From Rhodothermaceae bacterium (GTDB lineage: Bacteria > Bacteroidota > Rhodothermia > Rhodothermales > Bin80), in assembly GCA_009838195.1 (NCBI GenBank), contig VXSC01000036.1, positions 157,300-221,299 of the forward strand: 64,000 bases of DNA, in the 5' to 3' direction. The translations under genes were made by a program, and so were the position numbers. Each line of letters starts with the position of its first letter. Position 1 is the stretch's first letter. The notes beneath the pieces are model-generated. The model did no database searches. It saw only the letters and a program-made list of their open reading frames with translations, and was not told the origin of the DNA. Below, in pieces: positions 18,304 to 28,270 of the stretch.

Positions 18304-21300
18304 AAACCCCCTCCTCCTGCATTGTGACCCCATATAGACGATTCGCCATCTCCATGGTTCGCTTGTTGTGAGTGACAAGAATAAACTGCGTCTCCGAAGA
18401 GAAACGGTGGATCATCCGCATAAAATGATCTACATTGGCATCGTCCAGGGGAGCGTCCACTTCGTCCAGGAAACAGAACGGACTCGGTTTAATCAAATAA
18501 ATTGCAAACAAGAGAGCAATCGCGGTGAGTGTTTTTTCTCCGCTGGATAGCTGTGCAATACTGACGGGACGCTTTCCACTTGGCCTTGCTATGACTGCAA
18601 TGGGGGATTCCAGAACATCATCCGGCTCCGTCAGGTCAAGTTCGCATTTCGCCTTCTCTCCAAAAAGCTCACAGAAGAGTTTCTGGAAATTTTCCCGAAT
18701 TAAAACATAGGTATCAAGAAACTGCTTTGATGCCGTGCGATTGATTTCTTTGATGGTCTGTACGAGTATCTTTTCTGCCTCCTCCAGGTCTGAACGCTGC
18801 TCCATCATGAATTCCAGTCGCTCATTCTGTTTGTTGTATTCTTCAAGCGCTAATGCGTTAACATTGCCCATCGACTGCAGCTTACGCTCGGTCTCCTGGA
18901 TCTCCTCTCTGAGAACCACATCGTCGACCTCCTCAAACTCTGGAATTCCAGAAAGCTCAATCTGATATTCCTCCCCCGCACGAACCTGCAGATCTTCCCT
19001 TCGTGCTTTAACTGCACTGTATTTTATCTGTACATTCGTCTCTTCTTCTTTTGCTTCCTGAAACGATCTTTGTGCTTTGCGTACGTGTTCATTAATCCGC
19101 TCCAGTTCAATTCGCAATTCGCGCTCCCGAGAGCTATCCTGAGTGTTAATCTCGTCCAAATCTTTGCGACAGGTACGTTCTATTTTGAGCTGCTCCGTCA
19201 ACTCACTGACTTGAACAGACGCATCCTGCTGCATCTGCACTAATGCAGCATGGTCTTCGTCATGCACCTCTGCCTGATTATCCAGACGTAACTGCTCCTG
19301 TTCTATACGCTGTAAATCCCCTTCAAGGCTCTCACGTTTGGCCACGGCTTGCACTGCAGCCGTGTGGGCATTCAGGCATGCATTCTGCATTTCTTCCAGC
19401 TGCCTCCTCCACGATTGAATTTTTTTATCCATAGACTTGACGCTCGCTTCCGCCTCGGAGAGTTTTTCATCGATATGGATGAGTTGACCGCCGCCCGGCT
19501 GCGCCTCCTCTTCCAGGTTTGCGATCTCCCTTGCAATCTGGTCCTGCCTGCGTTCAAGCACCGCAAGTTGACCTGATCCCAGTTCTCGAATCTGAGCATT
19601 TCTCTGAGCGGCATGATCGGCTTCCGAATACAGCCGCTCCACCTCACGAGTCTGAGCAATCACTTTAGATAAGCCGATTTGACTCTGTTCTTCACGCAGT
19701 CCCGCAAGGGTAGATTTTGCATGATCAACCTGTATCTGAAGCTCCGAATAGGCATCTTTTGCTGCCCGCAGACTATCACGCCGGGATAGATGTGAATAGG
19801 TTCCTCCCTCCTCGCTTCCACCTGCGTAAAGAACACCGCGTCCATCAATCCATTCCCCCTGTGGAGTGATATATCGATATGCTTTCCCCCCTTTTTCATC
19901 GAGCAAATACCGCGCCCTGTCAAGAGATTCAACAAGTACCACATCCTGAAGCAGAAGCTCAGCAACCGGTCTGTAGACCTCGTCACGGGGTGTAACATAG
20001 TTTAGTAAGGCACCCGGCGGGTGTTCAGGGGAGTCTGGTAGAAGCGGAATATTCTCCAAGACAATGAAATAGGCACGCCCCATATCTTCTGAACGTAGTT
20101 GCTCAGCAGCCATCTTGGCGACACATTCCGTGTCTACGACAATACAGCCCCCATACGGCTCGAGGGCAGCTGCCAGAGCTGCCGTGTATTCAGAGGTACA
20201 AGTAATCAGATCACTCAGCGTGGTAACCTGGATATCCTTTACTTCTGTGAGTAGATGTCGAACGGCATCGGGAAAAAAATCATAGGTGTTTACCAGGTCC
20301 TCCAAGATCTTAACCTCTGCACGCTTGGCAGCAAGTTGCCTCTCCACCCGTCCCGCTTCTTCTTCTGCGCGGGAAATTTCTCTCTCCAGCGCTGCATGTG
20401 CAACTTCAGCTTTCTGGCGTGCAACCCGCGCATGATCAAGTTTTTCTCGTGCTTCTTCGAATGCATTTTTAGCATCTTCAGCCGCCCTAGAAGCATTTCT
20501 GTTTGCTATCTCTTCGGACTTCCACGCGTCTTCAAGCCTATTCTGCTCTTCTTGCAAATGGGTAATCCGCCCCTGTAGACGGTCAGAATGACGCTGATGG
20601 TTGAGCTTTTGCTGATCAAGGTTCTTTACCGTTTCCTCAAGAGCTTTACTCTGGAGTTCAAACGCCTTCAGTTGTTCTCGCACGATATCTCTGTCGGTAG
20701 AAGCTTGATTCAGAAGCTGAGCCGTTTTGTCCGCTTCCGAGAGTGCATCCGAGAGTTCTCTTTCTGTCGATTCCCGCTGCTTTGCCAACACCTCTCGTTC
20801 GACGACTGCTGCTTCGCGCTCCAGCCCTAATCTGTCAAGGTTCTGTGCAATCGTTTGCTGATTTGCCTCCTCCAATCGCAGATCTCCCTCGAGTTTAATG
20901 ATCCGTTGTTCATGCTCAACAAATGCCTGTCGATTTCTTTGCGCCCTCTTTTCCTCCGCAACAAACCTTGTGCGCAGCGCTTCGAGCTGCGCCTCACTGG
21001 CCCGTACTTGAGCAGTTAGACCGGCACAGGTATCTGAAATCTTGATGATCTCGTCTTCAAAATTTTTCTCTTCCGTCAGTAAACGGGAGTACTCAAGCTT
21101 GAACAGGTTGATCTGAGCGGTGCGCAATTCCGCTTTGTAACGCAAGTAGCGTTCTGCAATTTTTGCTTGCCGTTTCAGGCTCCGAACCCGCTTGGAAATT
21201 TCATCCGTCAGATCCCGGACCCGTGCAAGGTCCGACTGCATCTGATCAAGTTTACGAAGTGCGTCCCCTCTTCGCTTCTTGTATCGCGTGATACCCGAAG

Positions 21301-21790
21301 CTTCCTCAAACAGCCGACGGCGATCCTGAGTGTTTTCAGATAAGATTTCATCAATCATCTTCAACTCAATGACCGAGTAAGCTCCCGCCCCCATTCCGGT
21401 ATCGGTAAAGAGATCCGTAATGTCTCGGAGCCGGCACTCCACACCATTGAGCAAATACTCCGCCTCTCCAGAACGGTACAGACGTCGTCCCAGGATCACT
21501 TCCGAGTACTCGAGGGGCAGTACTCCGCGATTATTTGCAATGGTCAACTGTACTTCCGCAAGCCCGACCGCACGTCGGCTGGTCGTGCCGTTGAAAATAA
21601 CGCTGTCCATTTTACCCGACCGTAGTACACGGGCACGCTGCTCTCCGATCACCCAACGTAGAGCATCTACAATGTTTGATTTTCCACAACCATTCGGACC
21701 GACAATCGCGGTGATTCCAGGATCAAAATGTAAATCCGTTACGGAGACAAAGCTCTTGAAACCCTGAATGGAAAGCTTCTTCAGATACAT
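18254..21790 (-). CDS. smc: Chromosome segregation protein SMC
   Basis: N-terminal Walker A GPNGCGKSNIVDALRWV, long coiled coils with a central hinge, C-terminal LSGGEKTLTAIALLFA and FCFLDEVDAPLD. At 1178 aa it is full length. Confidence 0.95.
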   Translation of the reverse strand: MYLKKLSIQGFKSFVSVTDLHFDPGITAIVGPNGCGKSNIVDALRWVIGEQRARVLRSGKMDSVIFNGTTSRRAVGLAEVQLTIANNRGVLPLEYSEVILGRRLYRSGEAEYLLNGVECRLRDITDLFTDTGMGAGAYSVIELKMIDEILSENTQDRRRLFEEASGITRYKKRRGDALRKLDQMQSDLARVRDLTDEISKRVRSLKRQAKIAERYLRYKAELRTAQINLFKLEYSRLLTEEKNFEDEIIKISDTCAGLTAQVRASEAQLEALRTRFVAEEKRAQRNRQAFVEHEQRIIKLEGDLRLEEANQQTIAQNLDRLGLEREAAVVEREVLAKQRESTERELSDALSEADKTAQLLNQASTDRDIVREQLKAFELQSKALEETVKNLDQQKLNHQRHSDRLQGRITHLQEEQNRLEDAWKSEEIANRNASRAAEDAKNAFEEAREKLDHARVARQKAEVAHAALEREISRAEEEAGRVERQLAAKRAEVKILEDLVNTYDFFPDAVRHLLTEVKDIQVTTLSDLITCTSEYTAALAAALEPYGGCIVVDTECVAKMAAEQLRSEDMGRAYFIVLENIPLLPDSPEHPPGALLNYVTPRDEVYRPVAELLLQDVVLVESLDRARYLLDEKGGKAYRYITPQGEWIDGRGVLYAGGSEEGGTYSHLSRRDSLRAAKDAYSELQIQVDHAKSTLAGLREEQSQIGLSKVIAQTREVERLYSEADHAAQRNAQIRELGSGQLAVLERRQDQIAREIANLEEEAQPGGGQLIHIDEKLSEAEASVKSMDKKIQSWRRQLEEMQNACLNAHTAAVQAVAKRESLEGDLQRIEQEQLRLDNQAEVHDEDHAALVQMQQDASVQVSELTEQLKIERTCRKDLDEINTQDSSRERELRIELERINEHVRKAQRSFQEAKEEETNVQIKYSAVKARREDLQVRAGEEYQIELSGIPEFEEVDDVVLREEIQETERKLQSMGNVNALALEEYNKQNERLEFMMEQRSDLEEAEKILVQTIKEINRTASKQFLDTYVLIRENFQKLFCELFGEKAKCELDLTEPDDVLESPIAVIARPSGKRPVSIAQLSSGEKTLTAIALLFAIYLIKPSPFCFLDEVDAPLDDANVDHFMRMIHRFSSETQFILVTHNKRTMEMANRLYGVTMQEEGVSSLVSVRFEEAVALGE

Positions 21791-21808
21791 GCTTTTTGTT
21801 CAATGAGA

Positions 21809-21834
21809 ATGGCCGGTATTTCGATACCGGCCAT
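21809..21834 (-). terminator. 11-bp perfect hairpin downstream of clpB
   Basis: ATGGCCGGTAT-ttcg-ATACCGGCCAT lies 63 nt after the clpB stop. There is no U-tract, so it may be a terminator or an RNA-stability element. Confidence 0.5.
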
Positions 21835-21896
21835 CCCACGGGCTTCAAATATAGGACAAGATCTCCAATGATCCCGCGATTAGTGAAAAAATCTTA

Positions 21897-24524
21897 TCAT
21901 GCACCCACTCCTTCTTCCGCAGCTAAGGGCTCTGTTTCCATCACGAGCCCGCTGGCATCCGGTGCTATATCTAATGTCACGATCTGACCTGCCGAGATCC
22001 AGCCGGACAGAATCTCTTCTGCCAGTTTATTTACGACCTCGCGCTGGAGCAGGCGCTTGACCGGGCGAGCTCCAAATGCCGAGTCGAACCCTGCCTCTGC
22101 CAAATAATCTCTGGCACCGTCTGTCAGCCGAAGCGATATACCATGACTCTCCAATGCCAGTTGCTGAATCCGGGCAAACTGAATCATTACAATCTGGCGG
22201 ATAGCCTCTTTGTCAAGTGGATTGAACAGCACAATTTCGTCAATGCGATTCAGAAATTCTGGACGCACACTCGCTTTCAACAGATCCATAATCTCACGCC
22301 TGACTTCCTGAGCATTAAACGAGGTCCCCGCCTCAATTCGCTGACGAATCAAGTCACTGCCTAGGTTACTAGTCATGATGACAATTGTATTCTTGAAATC
22401 TGTCGTACGCCCCTTGTTATCAGTCAGACAGCCTTCATCCAGGACCTGCAACAGGATATTAAATACCTCAGGGTGTGCCTTTTCGATCTCATCCAATAGC
22501 ACCACGGCGTAAGGGCGCCGCCGAACCCTCTCGGTCAACTGGCCTCCCTCTTCGTAGCCGACATAACCTGGCGGTGCACCGATCAATCTACTTACGGTAT
22601 GGCGTTCCTGATACTCACTCATGTCAATTCGTATCAGTGCTTGCTCATTATCAAAGAGGAATTCAGCCAATGCTTTGGCCAGTTCGGTCTTGCCAATCCC
22701 AGTGGAGCCAAGGAAGATGAAGGATCCTATGGGCCGTCCCTGCTCCTGGAGCCCTGCTCGCCCTCTTCGTACCGCGTGGGCAATGGACTGAATTGCTTCA
22801 TCCTGACCCACCACGCGACACTTCAACTCATCCTCGGCCCGAAGCAACTTGGTACGTTCGCTTTCCATCATCCGAGAAACCGGGATACCTGTCCACTTGG
22901 AAACAATCTCGGCAATATCTTCCGCATCCACCTCTTCCTTCAGGAGTGCCCCATTTCCCTGCACCTCCTGGAGTCGGGACTGGGTCTCGTGGATCCGATT
23001 CTCTAGCTCTGGGATCGTTCCGTGGCGAATTTTTGCTACTTCCTCATACTTTCCCGCACGAACGAGCGCCTCATCTTTAATGCGCAACTCTTCAATCTTT
23101 TCTTTTGCTTCCCGGATCTCCGAGATGAGCTTCTTCTCTTCATCCCACCGAGCACGCAGACTCCCCCTTTCTTCCGTCAGATTCGCAAGTTGCTCCTCAA
23201 GTGCGGCGAGTTTTTCCTTGTCCTTCTCGCGCTTGAGTGCCTCACGTTCAATTTCCAATTGCCTGATCTGACGCTCCAATGTATCCAGCTCTTCGGGAAG
23301 GGAGTCAATCTCCGTTCGGAGACGCGCCATCGCTTCGTCAACCAAATCAATCGCTTTGTCCGGCAGATGGCGATCTCCGATATACCGGTTACTTAATTGA
23401 ACGGCAGAAATAATTGCCGCATCGTTGATCCGTACCCCATGGTGCACTTCGTAGCGCTCACGGATACCGCGCAGAATTGAAATGGCATCATCCAGTTGAG
23501 GCTCACTCACCATCACCGTCTGAAATCTTCGCTCCAGTGCTTTGTCTTTCTCGAAATACTTTCGATACTCATCCAATGTCGTTGCGCCGATAGCACGCAA
23601 ATCGCCCCGTGCCAAAGCTGGCTTCAGGATATTTGCTGCATCCATCGCGCCTTCCGCCGCACCGGCCCCTACTAGCGTATGGATTTCATCAATGAAGAGC
23701 AGGATCTCTCCGCTCGCATCCGTGACCTCCTTGACCACGGCTTTCAGCCGATCTTCGAACTCCCCACGATACTTGGCACCTGCAATCAGCGCACCCATGT
23801 CTAGTGCATGTAACCGTCTGGATTTTAATCCTTCGGGAACGTCTCCCTGTACAATTCGGATCGCAATCCCCTCTGCAATTGCCGTCTTCCCTACCCCTGC
23901 TTCTCCAATCAGGATGGGATTATTTTTTGTCCGCCGTGACAAGATCTGCAGTACACGTCGGATCTCTTCATCACGCCCAATCACGGGGTCAATTTTACCA
24001 ATCTCTGCTAATTCGTTGAGATTCCTTGTGAAGCGTTCGAGAGCCCGGTAGCTATCTTCAGCATGCTGATCTGTCACGCGCCGGTTCCCGCGAACGCTCT
24101 TGAGTACTCCTAGGATTGACTTTTTTGTAATCGCCCGACGGGCCATCGCCTGACTTACGGAGCCATCGGTTGCGGCCAAGGCAATCAGTAGATGTTCACT
24201 GCTTACAAAATCATCTTTTAACGATTTGGATTCTTTGAGGGCCTGATCAAACATCTGCTTCGTCCCACTGGTCAAGTAACCTCCTTCAACCGATGATCCT
24301 GTGACCACCGGCAGGTTTGCAAGCAGCTGATCCACCTCACCTTCCAGCCCTTGAAGATCTGCCCCTAGTCGCTGCATGATGGTGAATCCAATGCTGTTGG
24401 GATCTGTCAAAAATGCTTTCAACAGATGGGCTGAATCCAGCCCCTGATGGTTATTGCCTGCGGCAATTTCCAGCGCCTTCTGAACGGTTTCACGCGCTTT
24501 GACTGTATAGTTATTTAGATTCAT
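21897..24524 (-). CDS. clpB: ATP-dependent chaperone/disaggregase ClpB
   Basis: Clp N domain, two AAA+ modules ([13 protein letters not shown]; [14 protein letters not shown]) and the middle coiled coil. Start at ATG 24524 ([12 protein letters not shown]); the ORF-track 27-aa extension is rejected. Confidence 0.95.
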   Translation of the reverse strand: MNLNNYTVKARETVQKALEIAAGNNHQGLDSAHLLKAFLTDPNSIGFTIMQRLGADLQGLEGEVDQLLANLPVVTGSSVEGGYLTSGTKQMFDQALKESKSLKDDFVSSEHLLIALAATDGSVSQAMARRAITKKSILGVLKSVRGNRRVTDQHAEDSYRALERFTRNLNELAEIGKIDPVIGRDEEIRRVLQILSRRTKNNPILIGEAGVGKTAIAEGIAIRIVQGDVPEGLKSRRLHALDMGALIAGAKYRGEFEDRLKAVVKEVTDASGEILLFIDEIHTLVGAGAAEGAMDAANILKPALARGDLRAIGATTLDEYRKYFEKDKALERRFQTVMVSEPQLDDAISILRGIRERYEVHHGVRINDAAIISAVQLSNRYIGDRHLPDKAIDLVDEAMARLRTEIDSLPEELDTLERQIRQLEIEREALKREKDKEKLAALEEQLANLTEERGSLRARWDEEKKLISEIREAKEKIEELRIKDEALVRAGKYEEVAKIRHGTIPELENRIHETQSRLQEVQGNGALLKEEVDAEDIAEIVSKWTGIPVSRMMESERTKLLRAEDELKCRVVGQDEAIQSIAHAVRRGRAGLQEQGRPIGSFIFLGSTGIGKTELAKALAEFLFDNEQALIRIDMSEYQERHTVSRLIGAPPGYVGYEEGGQLTERVRRRPYAVVLLDEIEKAHPEVFNILLQVLDEGCLTDNKGRTTDFKNTIVIMTSNLGSDLIRQRIEAGTSFNAQEVRREIMDLLKASVRPEFLNRIDEIVLFNPLDKEAIRQIVMIQFARIQQLALESHGISLRLTDGARDYLAEAGFDSAFGARPVKRLLQREVVNKLAEEILSGWISAGQIVTLDIAPDASGLVMETEPLAAEEGVGA

Positions 24525-24939
24525 TGTGTTGTATGTCGTTTTGTCAGTATGTTTTCTTACGTACACAAGAATCCAAAAGTATTCCACAGCCCAGAATAGT
24601 GACAACTTGTCCTATCTGACCTTCAGATCCGCACAGAAGACGGACAATTACAGGGGGATTCGGCATGAATACCGCGTCCCACTGCCAATTTCTGGAAGAA
24701 TCTAGCCGGTATACATCTCCAACCATACATGATTTAATCTCCCCGATCTCAGGAGCAATCAATACGTCACCTGAAATGAAAAACATGCACTTCAATTCGA
24801 CCTACCAAAATCTGTCGGGATACAGCGTGGCACAAAACAGAGACTTACACAAAGTTCATCTTGTTCGCACGCTCGGAACTTATTAAGTTATATTGATGTC
24901 TCAGCCTCTCAACCATGGTGAGTGCCCTCGTTTTGGGTA

Positions 24940-25407
24940 ATGATTGCTGCGATGCGAACCCAACGCCTAATGCCCGTAGTATTTAGCCTGAGTCTGCTAC
25001 TCAGTGCTGTAGGACCTTTGTTACAGACAAACTGCTCCCGAGGTGACCACAACTCGCACGCACCTGTGGACCATCATTCCGCAGAAAAGCATTCCCATAC
25101 TTCCACGCACGGACAGGACCTCCCCTGCGTACCCGACAGCGATTCGATACCCACGAAACCTGTACCGTGTCCACAGCACGCTGCACCTTGTTGTGTATTT
25201 CAAGCAGTGCCTACCACTAAGTTGGCAACCGTACTGTTTGAATCTTCTCGGATTTTATCGGGTGAACTGATGCTGTCTCGCCTCCCCAATACCTTATCTG
25301 ACGTGGATTCCAGGGCAAATTTATTTAGGCCCATCTTTGCACCACAATGTTCTGCCTGTCCCCTTCCCTCTGATAGGCAAGCTGTTCTCAGCACCTTTCT
25401 GATCTGA
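24940..25407 (+). CDS. His/Cys-rich secreted protein of unknown function upstream of cusCBA
   Basis: Signal-like N-terminus (MRTQRLMPVVFSLSLLLSAV), then HNSHAPVDHHSAEKHSHTSTH, CPQHAAPCC and CSAC clusters. Alternative starts are GTG 24922 and ATG 24952. Coding status is not proven. Confidence 0.45.
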   Translation: MIAAMRTQRLMPVVFSLSLLLSAVGPLLQTNCSRGDHNSHAPVDHHSAEKHSHTSTHGQDLPCVPDSDSIPTKPVPCPQHAAPCCVFQAVPTTKLATVLFESSRILSGELMLSRLPNTLSDVDSRANLFRPIFAPQCSACPLPSDRQAVLSTFLI

Positions 25408-25493
25408 TAGGCTTCTGGTTGCGCCTGTTTCATGGGGGTACGTTTGCTACACCTCCGTGTTGATGCACAATTAGATCTATTGCTCAGGAAGTC

Positions 25494-26804
25494 ATGAAAT
25501 TAATCCAACTCGCTGGCGTAACCTGCGTCAGCCTACTTTTACTCTTATTGCCAATCCAAGTCCGTGGCCAGGATCCACCTGATGCACCGGCTGATACATT
25601 GCTACACCTTGGCGATCTCTTGGCAGAAGTACGAACACATAATCCGTCGCTGCAGGCGTCACACCTGGAGGCACAGGCACTCGCTTTACGAAGCGGGCAG
25701 GTGTCCGAACTTCCGGACCCATCCGTGACAATCGCCTACCGGCCTGTGCCCATCCTTACCGCGCGCGGTACCATACGCAGCCAGTGGAGTATAGAGCAAG
25801 AAATCCCCTATCCCGGCAAATTGGGACTTCAGGGATCCATCGCAGATCTAACTGCGGAAATCAAAAGCTTTGCAACCGCGAACCTTGAAGAAGACCTTCT
25901 ACTCCAGGTCAAGCATTCCTACTTTGAACTCTACCGCATCCAACAGCAGGAATTACGTATTCTTGCCTTCAAGGACAGACTCCAAAACTTTGAAGAAGCC
26001 GCTGCAACGCGGTATGAAGTGGGTGCCGGTGTTCAACAAGCGATTCTGAAAACGCAGCTAGAGAAGAATTCTCTGTCCCGCTTGCAACTCGAGCTATCCA
26101 TAGAACGACGTACGGCGACTGAGACTTTGGCCCGTTTGTTGAATCGTCCCATATCCACCGAATCCAAAGTCACCGTAACTGCCGAGGCTCCGTCCTATGT
26201 CGAGTTTGATGCAATTTCACTACTTGAGGTAAGCCTCAATCACCGGCCCGAAGTTAACGCTCTGGGCACGGCCGCAAAACGTGCCGACGAAGAAATTGCA
26301 CTGGCACGCAAACAGTTCAAACCTGACTTCCGGTTTGGTATCACTTATTTCGATGTAGGCCGTGCTGATGTACCATCCACGGCGACAGGCCGTGATGCCA
26401 TCGGAATCAACGCAACAATAAACATACCACTACGACGCAACGGACTGCGAGCTCGGCTAGAAGAAGCCCGTGTGCGTCGCAGCCACGTCCATGCCCGGCA
26501 AGAAGCTCTAAATACCTCCCTTGCGACTCAGGTTGCAGACCTGATACATCAATTACGCGAGGAAGCACGGCAACTGGAGCTCTTTGAGGATGCTCTGATC
26601 CCTCTGGCTGAAACTGCGCTCCAAGCCACCCTCAATTCTTACACGACGGGACGCACCGATTTCCTGGACCTGCTTGATTCGGAGCGCACACTGTTTTCAC
26701 TCGGCATGAGCTACGACAATACACTTGCCCGCTATCTCCAGACAACCGCCACACTTGAACGGACACTCGGCGTGGACTCACTTGCTGATCTGATCACTCA
26801 CTAG
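25494..26804 (+). CDS. cusC: TolC-family outer-membrane efflux protein (CusC-like)
   Basis: Signal peptide and a two-fold repeated TolC/OEP helical-barrel pattern. It is the first gene of the RND operon. Confidence 0.8.
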   Translation: MKLIQLAGVTCVSLLLLLLPIQVRGQDPPDAPADTLLHLGDLLAEVRTHNPSLQASHLEAQALALRSGQVSELPDPSVTIAYRPVPILTARGTIRSQWSIEQEIPYPGKLGLQGSIADLTAEIKSFATANLEEDLLLQVKHSYFELYRIQQQELRILAFKDRLQNFEEAAATRYEVGAGVQQAILKTQLEKNSLSRLQLELSIERRTATETLARLLNRPISTESKVTVTAEAPSYVEFDAISLLEVSLNHRPEVNALGTAAKRADEEIALARKQFKPDFRFGITYFDVGRADVPSTATGRDAIGINATINIPLRRNGLRARLEEARVRRSHVHARQEALNTSLATQVADLIHQLREEARQLELFEDALIPLAETALQATLNSYTTGRTDFLDLLDSERTLFSLGMSYDNTLARYLQTTATLERTLGVDSLADLITH

Positions 26805-26824
26805 ATGCCTATACCAGCATCCGT

Positions 26825-28204
26825 ATGACCCCAATTGCCATGAATTTGCAACAACATTTCAAACCGGTATGGATTCTTTTGCTTCTCGTACTGATTCTCG
26901 TCTGTGGCTTTTTCCTCGGGCGTATTTCAATTGACGAGGCAGTAATGGAATCTCAAGAATTACCTCCACCCGACCAAAGACAGGTTCTTTATTGGCAGGC
27001 TCCCATGGATCCAACGGAGATCTACGACCGCCCTGGCAAGTCGAAGATGGGAATGGACCTAGTTCCCGTCTACGAAGACGAGGATCGAATAGAATCTGAC
27101 AGTACCATATCCATTGACCCTGCTATGGTGCAGAATATGGGGGTCCGAACCGGGTATGTCCAGCGATTGGATTTTACGCGCACTATCCGTACGGTGGGGG
27201 AGGTTCAATACGACGAAGAACGACTCTATTTGGTCAATACCAAGATTTCCGGGTGGATCGAAAACCTTTACGTCCATTTTGTGGGAGACCAAGTCCAAGC
27301 GGGAGATCCGATCCTTGAGATCTATTCACCGGAATTGGTCGCGACACAGCAAGAATATGTGCTGGCATTGAAAAACTTTCAATTGGTCTCCCAGAGCACC
27401 GTGCCCTCTGTTAGAGAAGATGCTGAGAAACTGCTGGCTTCCGCCCGTACGCGTCTTGAGTATTGGGACATTCCTGCGTCGGAAATCGAGCACTTGGCAC
27501 AAACCGGTGAGGTCAGGAAAACAATTCTTCTCACAGCTCCGGCAACAGGAATCGTTGTAGCAAGAAATGCAATTGAAGGTGCACACGTTGAGGTTGGGGA
27601 AGATTTGTTTCGGATCGCCGATTTACGGACTGTTTGGGTGCATGCCAGCTTCTATGACAATGAAGTGCCGTGGATCAGCAATGGGCAGAGTGTCGAAATG
27701 GAATTGTCCTATTTGCCAGGTAAGACCTATGCTGGCAGGGTATCCTACGTGTACCCCTACCTGAGAGAGAGAGCCCGTGATGTCCATGTTCGTCTGATCT
27801 TCTCCAATCCCGACCTGGATCTAAAACCAGGCATGTATGCCAATGTGCAACTCCAGGGCAAGGTCATTCCTGATGCGGTCGTGGTGCCATCCGAGGCAGT
27901 CATTCGATCCGGAGCACGTGCTATTGTATTTATTGTCCATGGTGAGGGACGATTCGAACCCCGTGAAGTCCTGCTTGGCGAAGAAGGCGGGCCTGGCAAC
28001 AACTATATCCGAATCCTACGAGGGCTGCAGGGAAGTGAGGAGATTGTGACTTCAGCCCAGTTCATGTTAGACAGTGAAAGCCGCTTGCAGGAAGCAATTC
28101 GCAAGATGCTTCAAGGAGAGACATCTATGGAATCAACGCCGGAGAACGCGGAAGCAAGCATGCCTTCGGAGATGGCCGACCCAGGAGAACATCTGCATCA
28201 TTGA
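26825..28204 (+). CDS. cusB: RND efflux periplasmic adaptor (CusB-like)
   Basis: YWQAPMDPTEIYDRPGKSKMGMDLVPVYEDE matches the CusB N-terminal segment (E. coli YWYDPMYP...PGKSPFMDMDLVP). It also has an HlyD-like barrel-sandwich and a Met/His-rich C-terminal tail. Confidence 0.85.
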   Translation: MTPIAMNLQQHFKPVWILLLLVLILVCGFFLGRISIDEAVMESQELPPPDQRQVLYWQAPMDPTEIYDRPGKSKMGMDLVPVYEDEDRIESDSTISIDPAMVQNMGVRTGYVQRLDFTRTIRTVGEVQYDEERLYLVNTKISGWIENLYVHFVGDQVQAGDPILEIYSPELVATQQEYVLALKNFQLVSQSTVPSVREDAEKLLASARTRLEYWDIPASEIEHLAQTGEVRKTILLTAPATGIVVARNAIEGAHVEVGEDLFRIADLRTVWVHASFYDNEVPWISNGQSVEMELSYLPGKTYAGRVSYVYPYLRERARDVHVRLIFSNPDLDLKPGMYANVQLQGKVIPDAVVVPSEAVIRSGARAIVFIVHGEGRFEPREVLLGEEGGPGNNYIRILRGLQGSEEIVTSAQFMLDSESRLQEAIRKMLQGETSMESTPENAEASMPSEMADPGEHLHH

Positions 28205-28270
28205 GATCGATCATGATGAATATTTCGCAAAATTTTAACACGCAACCCCGCACGCTCAACTAAGATCATC

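Noticed and set aside
18254-21790. Possibility that the SMC-like gene is a Lamassu/Wadjet-type defence ATPase rather than the housekeeping condensin.
   Set aside because: It has the full 1178-aa length with a canonical N-terminal Walker A, hinge, and C-terminal signature and Walker B. No defence-type partner genes are adjacent, and the neighbours are housekeeping (clpB, ridA).
27945-27965. tRNA T-arm-like strings (GATTCGAACCCC at about 27951; GGTTCGAAG at about 58685), checked as possible tRNA genes.
   Set aside because: Both lie inside well-supported coding regions (cusB, glycosyltransferase) and lack acceptor and anticodon stems. No tRNA, rRNA or tmRNA gene was recognisable anywhere in the window.
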